Assembly (NCBI GenBank): GCA_030583685.1
Contig: CP129470.1
Location: forward strand, 20,345-84,344
DNA from: Candidatus Dojkabacteria bacterium
Lineage (GTDB): Bacteria > Patescibacteriota > Dojkabacteria > GCA-002793355
Direction: 5' to 3'
DNA: 64,000 nucleotides
Shown piece after piece: positions 1 through 11,129 of this stretch. Positions within the stretch are counted from its first letter, which is position 1; every line of letters starts with the position of its first letter. The position numbers and the translations under genes were made by a program. The notes beneath the pieces are model-generated. The model worked only from the letters and a program-made list of their open reading frames with translations. It was not told the origin of the DNA and ran no database searches.

Positions 1-1674
<1,674 letters not shown>

Positions 1675-1678
<4 letters not shown>

Positions 1679-3312
1679 TGACGTCGTCTCACTTGCGGTG
1701 ACTGCGAAAGTAAATCACAGATAACGCGCATTTTAAGGGCGCTTAGCTCCAGCATGGAAAGAATATCTACAAGTAGGGTTCTCTGGGGGGAATTTACCCG
1801 CGAAAGATTTTGAATATATTCGGTATACGCAACAGAAATACGTTGTAAATACAACGAGAGTCCACTTTGTAGCTGAAACAATTCACTTCGAGAGTTTTTC
1901 ACCAGAGAATCTCCGACTGCATTAAGGAGTTCTTGTTGCTGTTTTATCAATAGTAAGGCAGGAGAGAGTAATTGTTTAACCTCATCTGCATGGCTTCGCT
2001 TTATTGATTTCACAATACTCTCCAGCAGGTCCTTTCCAATATCTCCAATTTGCTCAAGGGTATTAGAAATTCGAAGCAAACGAATACTCGTTCTTTCTCG
2101 TGCAATATTCTTAGAGATTTCCCCATTTTTTGATAAATACACCATAATCTGATCATCGAGGTAATCATTAAGTTCTTCGAGTAGAGACACACGATGCATG
2201 CTTTGAGTACCCCAGGGAGGTAAACAGGTAGCAAAAATTTTTCCTGCATTTCTAGCGGCTCTTCTGAGTTCTTTGCGAACACGGTGTTGTCGCTGAGCCA
2301 TTCTTCTACCAGGGTCAAGATACTGTGTGACAAGTAAAATTTGTTCTTGACTTCCAGGAACAATTCTCAGAATCAATTTTTCAAATTGAGGAAGTACAAG
2401 AAGGAAGAGTAGTGAGTTTCCAACATTAAAAATGAGATGCGCATTGGCAACCTGTTGCGCAGGACTTCCTCCGAACGAGGAAACAAAGGTTGTAAATTCT
2501 GGCATGATGGCTAGAAAAAGGAGAGATCCGGTCAGGTTAAACAAAACATTTGCAATACCAGTTCTACGTGCAAATAGGTCTAACTTTACTGATGCTAATA
2601 ATGCGGTTGTACTTGACCCAAGATTTGCACCGAGAATCATTGGAATAGCGGTGTCAAAGGGAAGTATACCGGAGGCTACGAGCACCACAATGACGCCGGT
2701 CGTTACAGAGCTCGACTGAACAAGCGTTGTAACTAGGACACTGAGGCCATATGCGGCTAACGGAGAAGATACTGAAACAAAAAGAGAAAGTAAACGAGGA
2801 TCTTGACTCACAGGAGCAAGAGAGAGAGACAAGAGTTGCAATGCGAACAAAATAAAACCAAAATAAAATATTGGTTTTGCAATGCTTCCGAGTTTCCCAC
2901 CAATAAGTCGGAGTATCGCTCCAACAATCAAAATGACTGCCCCAATAAATTGCGTATCAATCAAAGCTAATTGCGCTGTGACTGTCGTGCCAATATTGCT
3001 TCCAAACAAAATCGCAAGACTATTTCTGAAACTAATAACTCCTGCGTTCACCAACAAGAGCGTCATAATGGTGACCGCAGCGCTTGACTGTACAAGCGCA
3101 GTGACCACTGCACCGAGAGACAGCGCAAGAAATCTATGGTGAACTGCTCTGGACAAGATTTGTTTGACTCGTGCTGATGATGTGGTAACAACCTCTTTAC
3201 TCAAGTTATCTATTGCAAAGATAAAGAGAATTAACGCAGTAAGGGCACCAAGTGAGATTTGAACATATGGTGAGGCAAACCAGTCCATATCTGACTGTAC
3301 CAAAAATCGCAC
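1675..3312 (-). CDS. Na+/phosphate cotransporter family protein (NptA-like) with C-terminal PhoU-like domain
   Basis: Two internal repeats with QSSS(V/A)TT and GANLG(S/T)T signatures in a polytopic membrane N-terminal half; soluble helical C-terminal half. Confidence 0.75.
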
Positions 3313-4346
3313 TACAATGATATAAGTTTTCTTGTTCCAGGAAACTTATAGAGAAGCGCACTGAACAATATTGAAATCGTATAAACAACGACAATGAACA
3401 CCATCACGGTAGCCCCTATTGGCAAGGCGAAGAACCACTCGTAAGGCACAAGGGTGACAATGATTGTTCGTAACACCGGGTGAATAAGATAAATTCCCAT
3501 TCCATAATACGCCAAATTTGTTAAAAGAGGTGTACTTTTAAGGTGAAACGTAAGTGCAAAGGAGAAGAGAAAAATCATGTACAACGTTCTTAAAACATCT
3601 TCAAATACAGTTAATGAGCCAAAATGAAATAAGTGAGAGTACGGCATAAACAAGGAACTCAGAAGCGAAATTCCGATACCGAGAACACTTAGTTTTCGGA
3701 CAGTAATTTTTTGTGTAGTCGACATCGAGAGAATTGTCCTTCCCAACCAATACCCAAGTATCAGTAAACTCAGATAATCAACCGTTAACAACGGTATCCA
3801 AACCCTTTGATTCTGTTGTGCTCTCCATGCAAAATCAAAAAAGCGAAAAAGTAAAAGAAATATACCGAGTTTCAAGAACGACATGTCGCTTATTCGCTCA
3901 CGAATACTTACCAAGTACGGAACGACAGCTAATAAGAAAGGAAGCAGAAAGAGGTACCACAAGTGATAATAAGGTCGTCCGTCAAGAAGATTAACCAAGA
4001 AACTTTTAATTGTTTCTATTCGCTCAAACAATGAACCGCTGCTGAACTCAAGAACGAAAACAACACCATAAAATAAACTCCAAACGAACAAGGGAAGAAA
4101 AAGTGCCCTAATTTTTCTTGAAACGACCAACAAAGACTTTTGAAACTCATAGGCGAGTAAAAAATATCCCGTAATCATAACAAAAAGTCTTGTTCCGGTT
4201 GGCGCAAGGGTATGAACAACCCAAAGGAAATATTTTTCCAGTTCAGTATAGGGTTGTTCCAACAGCCAAGCGAGTACGTGAATCGTGAGAACACCAAAAC
4301 TAGCAATAATTCGAATCAGATCGAGTGTCCCTTCACGTTTTCGCAT
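3312..4346 (-). CDS. Acyltransferase family 3 (OatA/OafA-like) integral membrane acyltransferase
   Basis: About 10 predicted TM helices. N-terminal LDLIRIIASFGVLTIHV motif (acyltransferase_3 His) and conserved Arg in the first loop. Confidence 0.6.
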   Translation of the reverse strand: MRKREGTLDLIRIIASFGVLTIHVLAWLLEQPYTELEKYFLWVVHTLAPTGTRLFVMITGYFLLAYEFQKSLLVVSRKIRALFLPLFVWSLFYGVVFVLEFSSGSLFERIETIKSFLVNLLDGRPYYHLWYLFLLPFLLAVVPYLVSIRERISDMSFLKLGIFLLLFRFFDFAWRAQQNQRVWIPLLTVDYLSLLILGYWLGRTILSMSTTQKITVRKLSVLGIGISLLSSLFMPYSHLFHFGSLTVFEDVLRTLYMIFLFSFALTFHLKSTPLLTNLAYYGMGIYLIHPVLRTIIVTLVPYEWFFALPIGATVMVFIVVVYTISILFSALLYKFPGTRKLISL

Positions 4347-4394
4347 ACTAGAGGATTATACATGACCAATTATATAGATATGTTACAATGAAAC

Positions 4395-4793
4395 ATGTTA
4401 CTCAAACTCTATCTCATTGCCCTTCCCGTCTTTTTTATTATTGACATGATATGGCTTGGACTTATCGCAAAAAACTTCTATGCGCAACAGATTGGGTATC
4501 TCATGAAGACCAATATTAACTGGGTTGCAGCAATTCTATTTTATCTTATCTTTATCGGTGGTGTCGTCTTCTTCGTGTTGAATCCAGCACTTGAAAAAAA
4601 TAGTCTCACGTATGCAATAGGCGCAGGCGCTCTCTTTGGATTAATTACCTATGCGACATACGACCTAACTAATCTTGCAACAATAAAAGATTGGCCACTC
4701 CTGGTCACCGTAGTTGACCTAGTATGGGGAATGACCTTATCTGCCTCGGTGGCAAGCATTTCCTTCTTACTTGCAAAACAATTTGGTTTATAA
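4395..4793 (+). CDS. Small integral membrane protein (DUF2177-like), unknown function
   Basis: 132 aa, four hydrophobic segments; no catalytic motif recognised. Confidence 0.4.
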   Translation: MLLKLYLIALPVFFIIDMIWLGLIAKNFYAQQIGYLMKTNINWVAAILFYLIFIGGVVFFVLNPALEKNSLTYAIGAGALFGLITYATYDLTNLATIKDWPLLVTVVDLVWGMTLSASVASISFLLAKQFGL

Positions 4794-5554
4794 TGAATCC
4801 TTTCCTTTTGCTCGCCTTTATTTTATGGGGATACATGACTTGTTGGTTTATATTCTCACTTTTTCTAAAAAGAAACGATATCGCAGACATTGCATGGGGA
4901 CTTGGTTTTGTCCTTATGGCGTGGCTTTCCTTCGATTATGGAACGCAACCAAAATACGCACTTCTGATATCGCTCTTAGTAACGATTTGGGGAATTCGTT
5001 TAGCGCTTCATATCTACTTGAGAAATAGAAAGAAAACCGAAGATTATCGATACCTGGAATGGAGAAAAACATGGAGACATTTCTATATAAGAAGCTACCT
5101 TCAAGTATTTATGTTACAAGGTGTCTTCTTGTATGTTATTTCCCTTCCTTTTCTGGTAACAAATCTCGTGCCAGCACATTTTGATTCACTCTTGGTGCCG
5201 CTTGGGGTTATTCTCTGGACAGTCGGGTTCCTGTTCGAATCCGTTGGAGATTTACAGCTGTCGCGATTTATTTCTCAGCCCGAAAACAAAGGAAAACTCA
5301 TGACTTCAGGTTTATGGAAGTATTCACGCCATCCTAACTACTTTGGCGAAGTTGCTGTATGGTGGGGAATTTTCCTTCTTGCGTATGCGGTTACGGGCAA
5401 TTTACTTCTTATAATTTCGCCACTCCTGATCACTGTATTGCTTCTTGCCATTTCAGGAATACCCCTTCTTGAAAAGAAATACGAGGGGAGAGCTGATTGG
5501 GAAGAATACAAAAGAAAAACCAGCGCACTATTTCCTTTACCCCCAAGGAAATAA
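4794..5554 (+). CDS. DUF1295 / steroid-5-alpha-reductase-ICMT-like membrane protein
   Basis: C-terminal KYSRHPNYFGE motif, characteristic of the ICMT/DUF1295/5-alpha-reductase superfamily. ATG at 4794 sits directly after the upstream stop; the listed ORF start at 4724 is probably an upstream extension. Confidence 0.55.
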
Positions 5555-5559
5555 CCACA

Positions 5560-6165
5560 TCAGTTATATGAAATAACACTTTTCACCACTCCTTCTATGG
5601 TTAGGTCTTCCTCTTGTACAACTCTGATTGGCGGATATTTCGGATTAAATGAGGTAAGAATGATTCCCTCATTCGTTATGTGATATTGTTTAATGAGCAC
5701 TTTGGATTTATGAACACCAACGATAACAGATCCCGAATCAGCGCCAGGCTGCATTTTTGCGACGACTAAATCCCGCTCTCGTATTTTTGGCTCCATGGAA
5801 TCACCTTTGGCTGCAACAATAAACACCTGTTCTAAAGGAAACGTTACGAGTTTTCTTGCAAACGGAATTCGGTCAATGGGGCTTCCATCTAACAATGTCC
5901 CGTTTGGTCCACATTGAGCCATTCCATAAATATTTACATAGCCAATATCACTTTCTTTTGGATCAGAAATAATTTTGTAGTCGCGAGGGTCAGCGGGATT
6001 ACGCACGAGATACCCCTTTTTCTCTAACTGCTTGAGGTGATGCGCAACAACGCTTGTTGAAGAAATGGATAATCTTTCCTGAAGTTCACGTATTGTCAAG
6101 GGTTCGGCCTGATTTTTCAGAAGTAATTCGAGTAATTCTTGTTGTTTAATATGTAGTTTGTTCAT
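5560..6165 (-). CDS. lexA: LexA repressor (S24 peptidase, SOS regulator). Likely start is the internal Met (MNKLHIKQQ), not the ORF's first Met
   Basis: N-terminal wHTH (LTIRELQERLSISSTSVVAHHLKQLEKKGYLVR). Cleavage-site region and catalytic Ser in VAAKGDSMEP; Lys in the downstream KSKVLIKQYH region. Confidence 0.85.
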   Translation of the reverse strand: MNKLHIKQQELLELLLKNQAEPLTIRELQERLSISSTSVVAHHLKQLEKKGYLVRNPADPRDYKIISDPKESDIGYVNIYGMAQCGPNGTLLDGSPIDRIPFARKLVTFPLEQVFIVAAKGDSMEPKIRERDLVVAKMQPGADSGSVIVGVHKSKVLIKQYHITNEGIILTSFNPKYPPIRVVQEEDLTIEGVVKSVISYN

Positions 6166-6210
6166 AGAACAAAAATAGCACAGGTCAACTGTTTTTGTCA
6201 AGAACAATAT

Positions 6211-6230
6211 AATTTGTTCTAGTGTTGACA
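6211..6230. promoter_or_regulatory. Candidate SOS/LexA operator: palindrome AGAACAA-N6-TTGTTCT in the lexA/ogt divergent intergenic region; a third GAACA half-site lies at 6167-6172
   Basis: Perfect 7-bp inverted arms seen in the sequence. GAAC/GTTC half-sites are the core of several known LexA box classes, but the spacing here is non-canonical. Confidence 0.3.
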
Positions 6231-6259
6231 TCACGCAAAAGTAAAACTACACTAGTCCT

Positions 6260-6754
6260 ATGCAACGATATTTTTGCATCGTAGATACGCCAATCGGCGA
6301 ACTTTTATTGATCGCATCACACAACCACCTCCTCCAAATTGAATTTGATTCAAATAAAGAGTATCCCCGTCGTTCCAATGCAATCCTTTCTTTGGCGGTA
6401 GAACAGCTTGGAGAATATTTTATAGGAGAACGCTCTCACTTTACCATCCCTTATCGATATGTTGGCACTCCGTTTCAAGTCAAGTGCTGGAATTATCTTA
6501 TGACCATTCCGTATGGTGAAACTCGTTCATATCTACAAGAGGCGACCGCAATTTCTTCTCCACGTGCTGTCAGAGCAGTTGCACAGGCAAATAAGCGGAA
6601 TCCTTTGCCAATTCTTACGCCTTGTCATCGCGTCATTGCACATTCTGGTGAACTCTCCGGTTATGGCGGCGGTGTGTGGCGAAAGGAATGGCTCCTTACA
6701 CATGAGAGAGTTCTGAATCGATCCTCTGAAGCATCTCCTCAGCGTCCTTCATAA
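6260..6754 (+). CDS. ogt: Methylated-DNA--protein-cysteine methyltransferase (O6-alkylguanine-DNA alkyltransferase)
   Basis: Active-site PCHRV motif; wHTH DNA-binding region (TPFQVKCWNYLMTIPYGETRSY); divergent from lexA. Confidence 0.85.
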   Translation: MQRYFCIVDTPIGELLLIASHNHLLQIEFDSNKEYPRRSNAILSLAVEQLGEYFIGERSHFTIPYRYVGTPFQVKCWNYLMTIPYGETRSYLQEATAISSPRAVRAVAQANKRNPLPILTPCHRVIAHSGELSGYGGGVWRKEWLLTHERVLNRSSEASPQRPS

Positions 6755-7691
6755 TGATCAGCTCATTTCGTAATTGGGCAGAACCAGGAAAATCACGTAA
6801 ATAAATTTTAAAATACTTTTTCAGTAGTTCAAAGTTTTTTGAATTCCCCCATGTTTCTTGAAACAGGAGAATATGCTTTCGAAGAGCCTGCAATCGTTGA
6901 CCTCGAGAGAGATGAGTGGGCGATTCTGAAAAAATACTGATATCTTCAAAGATACCTCTTCCAACCATCGCACCATCAAATCCATAGGTCACTTTTGTAT
7001 CATGAATATGCTGACGTGAAGTGATGTCACCATTCGCAATAAGAACGAGATCCGGGTTTAGCGCCTCTCTCATCTGCGAATATTCCTTCGCAAGTTCCCA
7101 ATGTGCCGGAACTCTTGTCATTTCTTTTCGAGTTCTCAGGTGTAGGGTTAGCGCATCAATTGGCTGCTGCATCAGAAAGGTAACCCATTCTGGCTGAATA
7201 AGCGTAAAGCCAATTCGCGTTTTTACGCTAAAACCAAAGTGAGGATCAATTTCTTCGATCTTTTCCCGGACACGATGAATAATTTCTTTTGTTTTCTCAA
7301 AATCTCGAATAAGTCCTGAACCGGCACCATTCTTCACAACGTTAACGACGGGACATCCCATGTTAATATCGACCCCAGAAAAACCACGTTCTATAAGCTC
7401 AGGAATAATTGCGACATAAGACTCTACTTGAGTTGCCCATATTTGTGCAACAAGAGGGAGTTCCTGGTGGGTGAATTGTAGTCGATGCGCAACGTGTTCC
7501 CTTCCTTTATCGGATAACAATCCTTCACAGTTTGTGAATTCTGTCATAAAGAGATCTGGCCTTCCATACTCGCAAACAATTTGTCGGAAAACAGTGTCTG
7601 TAACATCTTCCATAGGCGCAAGAATGGTAAAGGCACGGTTTGTCGCTTGGCTTTGTTGCTTCAGTGAAGTCCAGAGAGGGGAGTCCATCAT
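6696..7691 (-). CDS. dus: tRNA-dihydrouridine synthase (DusB-like). Likely start at the internal MMDSPLW Met, so it abuts rather than overlaps the next gene
   Basis: LAPMEDVTD...FRQ N-terminal motif; FMN/active-site DINMGCPV motif with catalytic Cys; TIM-barrel length. Confidence 0.85.
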   Translation of the reverse strand: MMDSPLWTSLKQQSQATNRAFTILAPMEDVTDTVFRQIVCEYGRPDLFMTEFTNCEGLLSDKGREHVAHRLQFTHQELPLVAQIWATQVESYVAIIPELIERGFSGVDINMGCPVVNVVKNGAGSGLIRDFEKTKEIIHRVREKIEEIDPHFGFSVKTRIGFTLIQPEWVTFLMQQPIDALTLHLRTRKEMTRVPAHWELAKEYSQMREALNPDLVLIANGDITSRQHIHDTKVTYGFDGAMVGRGIFEDISIFSESPTHLSRGQRLQALRKHILLFQETWGNSKNFELLKKYFKIYLRDFPGSAQLRNELIIMKDAEEMLQRIDSELSHV

Positions 7692-7693
7692 AA

Positions 7694-8524
7694 CTATAAA
7701 ATCTTGTACGTATTTTTTCCGGAATTTTTTGCTTTCTGTAACTGTGAATCGACTCTTTGCAGGTATAGTTCCCACGCTTTTTTGGTATCCCGTTTTCGCA
7801 ACAGTGTGGTAATTTCTTCTGCTTTCATGAAATAAAGTCCGAGGGATACAGTCGTTTTCATAACTTTGTTTTCTTTGATATTTTTCAGAATTCGTTTTGC
7901 TATTTGCTCCAAAAGGTGTTTATCCGTCGAGCGCATCGGCAATATTGCTAAATATTCATCACCACCCACACGAGCCAATACATCATTTTTCCGGAGCGTC
8001 TTTTTTAAAACGGAAGCGACTTCGACAATCTGTTCATCTCCTCCTAAATAGCCATACCGTGTATTCATTTCCTTCATATTATCGACATCGACAAAGATAA
8101 TACCAATATTGTATCCAAACTGTTCTGAAGACTTAAAAAGGTCAAACAAACTTGCATAATATCCGTGCCGATTTAATGCCCCAGTCAAATTATCAACATA
8201 GGCGACTTCTCGAAACAAAGCAATATCTTCATGTAGTTGATATATCGGCTCAAGGTTTATCAGAGAAACAGTAAATTTTTCTTTACCTTTACGTACCATG
8301 ACGAGAAATCTTTGCGGAGTATTTTTCTCCAGCGAGAGAGTTAAATGGTACTGTTTGTACGAATGTTTTGGGAGCGACAATAGTCTCTCAAATAAATCTG
8401 CATCAGGTTGCACACACAGCTCAACAAACGATTTTCCTTGTAAGGATTTATCTTTTGCATCAATAACAAGGAGGGAAGAGTCTAAAATGAGAAAACTTGC
8501 CTGTATTGTTTTACTTACCGTCAC
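7694..8524 (-). CDS. GGDEF-domain diguanylate cyclase with GGDEY active-site variant and roughly 110-aa N-terminal sensory region
   Basis: RYGYLGGDEQ / LARVGGDEYLAIL motifs, FVDVDNMKEMN (metal-binding D); typical GGDEF spacing. Confidence 0.75.
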   Translation of the reverse strand: MTVSKTIQASFLILDSSLLVIDAKDKSLQGKSFVELCVQPDADLFERLLSLPKHSYKQYHLTLSLEKNTPQRFLVMVRKGKEKFTVSLINLEPIYQLHEDIALFREVAYVDNLTGALNRHGYYASLFDLFKSSEQFGYNIGIIFVDVDNMKEMNTRYGYLGGDEQIVEVASVLKKTLRKNDVLARVGGDEYLAILPMRSTDKHLLEQIAKRILKNIKENKVMKTTVSLGLYFMKAEEITTLLRKRDTKKAWELYLQRVDSQLQKAKNSGKNTYKIL

Positions 8525-8570
8525 GAGCGTATTATACCACTATTACACTAATTTAGCAACCATCTTACCA

Positions 8571-9011
8571 TTACTTTCGCTCATCAAGCGCTTGATTGAC
8601 GAGACTATCCGCTATTTTGTTTTTTTCACGAAGAATATGTTTCAGACTAAATCGAGGGATCAAAGAAAGATACTGATGAATTGAGTTCGCAAGTGTTTTC
8701 AACCGACTTTCTTTGATTTTGTATACACCGGTAAGTTGTTTAACAACCAATTCACTGTCAAGGTTCAGTTCAATCTCCTCACAATGTGGGTATTTCGTAG
8801 AAATATCACGAACTGCAGTGAGCAATGCCTGATATTCTGCTTCATTATTTGTTGCTATGCCAATATACTGATTATATCGCTCAAGCTCAGTACCTGTTTT
8901 ATCAAAGATGACATACCCAATAGCAGCATGTCCTGGATTATTTCGTGAACCACCATCGGTGTAGACAACTAATTTTTCAATATTTTCTGACATTACGATG
9001 TATGATACCAT
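8571..9011 (-). CDS. rnhA: Ribonuclease HI
   Basis: VVYTDGGSRNNPG (DEDD Asp1), TNNEAEYQAL (Glu), C-terminal D...ADSL motif; 146 aa. Confidence 0.85.
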   Translation of the reverse strand: MVSYIVMSENIEKLVVYTDGGSRNNPGHAAIGYVIFDKTGTELERYNQYIGIATNNEAEYQALLTAVRDISTKYPHCEEIELNLDSELVVKQLTGVYKIKESRLKTLANSIHQYLSLIPRFSLKHILREKNKIADSLVNQALDERK

Positions 9012-9020
9012 AGAAGAGAT

Positions 9021-10238
9021 ATGAGACGGCGAATAATTCTAACACTACTCCTGGTTGTCGCTCTTTCGACAAACACTGTCTTTGCAGAATCTCTTGATTC
9101 TACCAACTACAAACTGCTAGACCCTCAAATTGGCGCGGCCTCAGGAACTTCAGCTTCAGATAATTATGCAATTCTCGTTCAAGGAGGATCTGGCATAGGA
9201 CTTGGAGAAATATCCTCCTCCTTATACAAATTAGGTTCAGGTCAAGGGTTTACATTTATGGCAAATGTTCCGAAGGTCTCCTGCTTTGAAACCGTCACCA
9301 CTTCGATGACGACAGACTGTGTTTCTTTACCGGCAAACAACGGAATGGTCGGTGAGTGTGGAGAAGGAGGTTGTTACGATCGAGCTATGTTACAAATTGA
9401 TACTCAAGCAAATCCAACCGACACATTGTACTCAATCCAATTATCCTCCGACAATTGGGCAACCACGTACATTTTAGACGGTACAACAAGAACACTCAAG
9501 GCAGCATCAAGCAAATCGATTGCAGACTATAAAACAAAAGCGCAATGGGAGGGTGCCCCTTGGAATCGGTATAATATTCTTGGGTTACAACCAGACACAG
9601 AGTACAAAGTTCGCCTAACTGCCTTACACGGAGATTTTACAGAATCTTCACCTGGGCCTGAAGCAATTGCGACAACAGGTGTTCCGACAACAGTTTTTGA
9701 TCTCGACATAACGCCCGATATTTCTGGCACCTCCACTGCACCTTACTCAGTCAATCTTGGTGGAGTATCACCAGAATCCTATACATTTCAAACAAACGAA
9801 CGAATTAAGCTGAGTATTTCGACTAATCTGCAAGTTGGCGTATCTGTATTCCTACAAGATGAGTACTCTGGACTACGAAGTCAAAGTACAAGTTTTACGC
9901 TCGAGAGTGATGATGAAGATCTGGCAAACCCAGCGAGTGGTGACGGATTTGGGCTGCAGTTTACTGAATCCGATGAAGCTGCTGCATCGGAAGGTTATAT
10001 TGTCCCCTCAGCAGTGTATGCAGTTTCAGGAACAAATGTCGGGGCAATTTCATCAATCGCTGCAACTCGAGTACTTTGTACACTAACCTCTCCTTCAGGA
10101 ACATGTGGAGTTGATTCCCAAACCTGGGTAACTGATGGAAGAGCGCTGTTTACCCTAGGTCTTCGCGCATCAATACTTGCTCCCGCAGTTGCAGATTACG
10201 AGGACACACTAACCTTTACAATCATGGGAGGGTGGTAA
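9021..10238 (+). CDS. Secreted protein of unknown function (signal peptide, Ser/Thr/Gly-rich)
   Basis: N-terminal MRRRIILTLLLVVALSTNTVFA signal peptide; no enzymatic motif; first gene of a same-strand surface block. Confidence 0.4.
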   Translation: MRRRIILTLLLVVALSTNTVFAESLDSTNYKLLDPQIGAASGTSASDNYAILVQGGSGIGLGEISSSLYKLGSGQGFTFMANVPKVSCFETVTTSMTTDCVSLPANNGMVGECGEGGCYDRAMLQIDTQANPTDTLYSIQLSSDNWATTYILDGTTRTLKAASSKSIADYKTKAQWEGAPWNRYNILGLQPDTEYKVRLTALHGDFTESSPGPEAIATTGVPTTVFDLDITPDISGTSTAPYSVNLGGVSPESYTFQTNERIKLSISTNLQVGVSVFLQDEYSGLRSQSTSFTLESDDEDLANPASGDGFGLQFTESDEAAASEGYIVPSAVYAVSGTNVGAISSIAATRVLCTLTSPSGTCGVDSQTWVTDGRALFTLGLRASILAPAVADYEDTLTFTIMGGW

Positions 10239-10241
10239 CCA

Positions 10242-11129
10242 ATGATTAAATTTTATCCATCCTTCCTCACGTTTACTTCGGACAGACGTGAAAGAGTAGT
10301 AACCATTTCAGGTGAAGGGGTTGAATCGCTAACACTTCCGTCTATCAGACCTGTCAGAATACTCACCACACCGCATACACTTCAAACAGAAGCTTGTACT
10401 TCTATTCCAATCTCCTTGGTCGGTAAGCTTCAGAAAAACAACACAGATGCACGCTTTACCATAACGATGTCTGATTCTCTTTCTGAATTACTGCACCAGT
10501 GCAAACGATCACCAACTGAGCTTCTCGCAATTGAAGTAGCCGTACCAACGAGTTCCAAAGAGTCTGTTGGAATCCAGTCTACACTTCTTATTCCCATTTT
10601 CGATACAACGAAGCATTCATTACTCGGAGGACAAGAAGTGCTTGGTGAAATCTCAAAAAATCTCATTGTGGACACCGTCACCTGTACTCCTCAATTCCAA
10701 CTCTACAAAAAAGATTTACACTGCCAAACAACCATCACTAATGCTACTGAATACCCGGTTCTATCAACACTCGTTGTTACCAGTAGAGAGCAACTCCCCC
10801 CGGGACTCACCAAGCATGAACGCTTAGAAAGAACAAATCTTCTCTTGCTCCCACAACAAAGTTATTCTCTTAATTTCTCGATCCCTGAAACAAAATTTTC
10901 TCTTTTTCAAAATACCGTCGCCGTTACCGCATCATTTTCCGACGTATCAAATCAAGGAGGATCAATCAGAGCGAGCCAAGAATACACTTTCTGGTATCTT
11001 CCCCTTCTCCTGGTGATTGGAATCAGTAGCGCACTGCTTTCACTTTCTGCTATACTGCTTCGAAAGAATATTATTAAATTTATTACTCTGCCCACATTAT
11101 GGCTCAGCAAAAAAAGAGGTTCACCTTAA
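10242..11129 (+). CDS. Hypothetical protein with C-terminal transmembrane anchor
   Basis: C-terminal WYLPLLLVIGISSALLSLSAILL hydrophobic helix; start lies 4 nt after the upstream stop (operonic). Confidence 0.35.
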   Translation: MIKFYPSFLTFTSDRRERVVTISGEGVESLTLPSIRPVRILTTPHTLQTEACTSIPISLVGKLQKNNTDARFTITMSDSLSELLHQCKRSPTELLAIEVAVPTSSKESVGIQSTLLIPIFDTTKHSLLGGQEVLGEISKNLIVDTVTCTPQFQLYKKDLHCQTTITNATEYPVLSTLVVTSREQLPPGLTKHERLERTNLLLLPQQSYSLNFSIPETKFSLFQNTVAVTASFSDVSNQGGSIRASQEYTFWYLPLLLVIGISSALLSLSAILLRKNIIKFITLPTLWLSKKRGSP

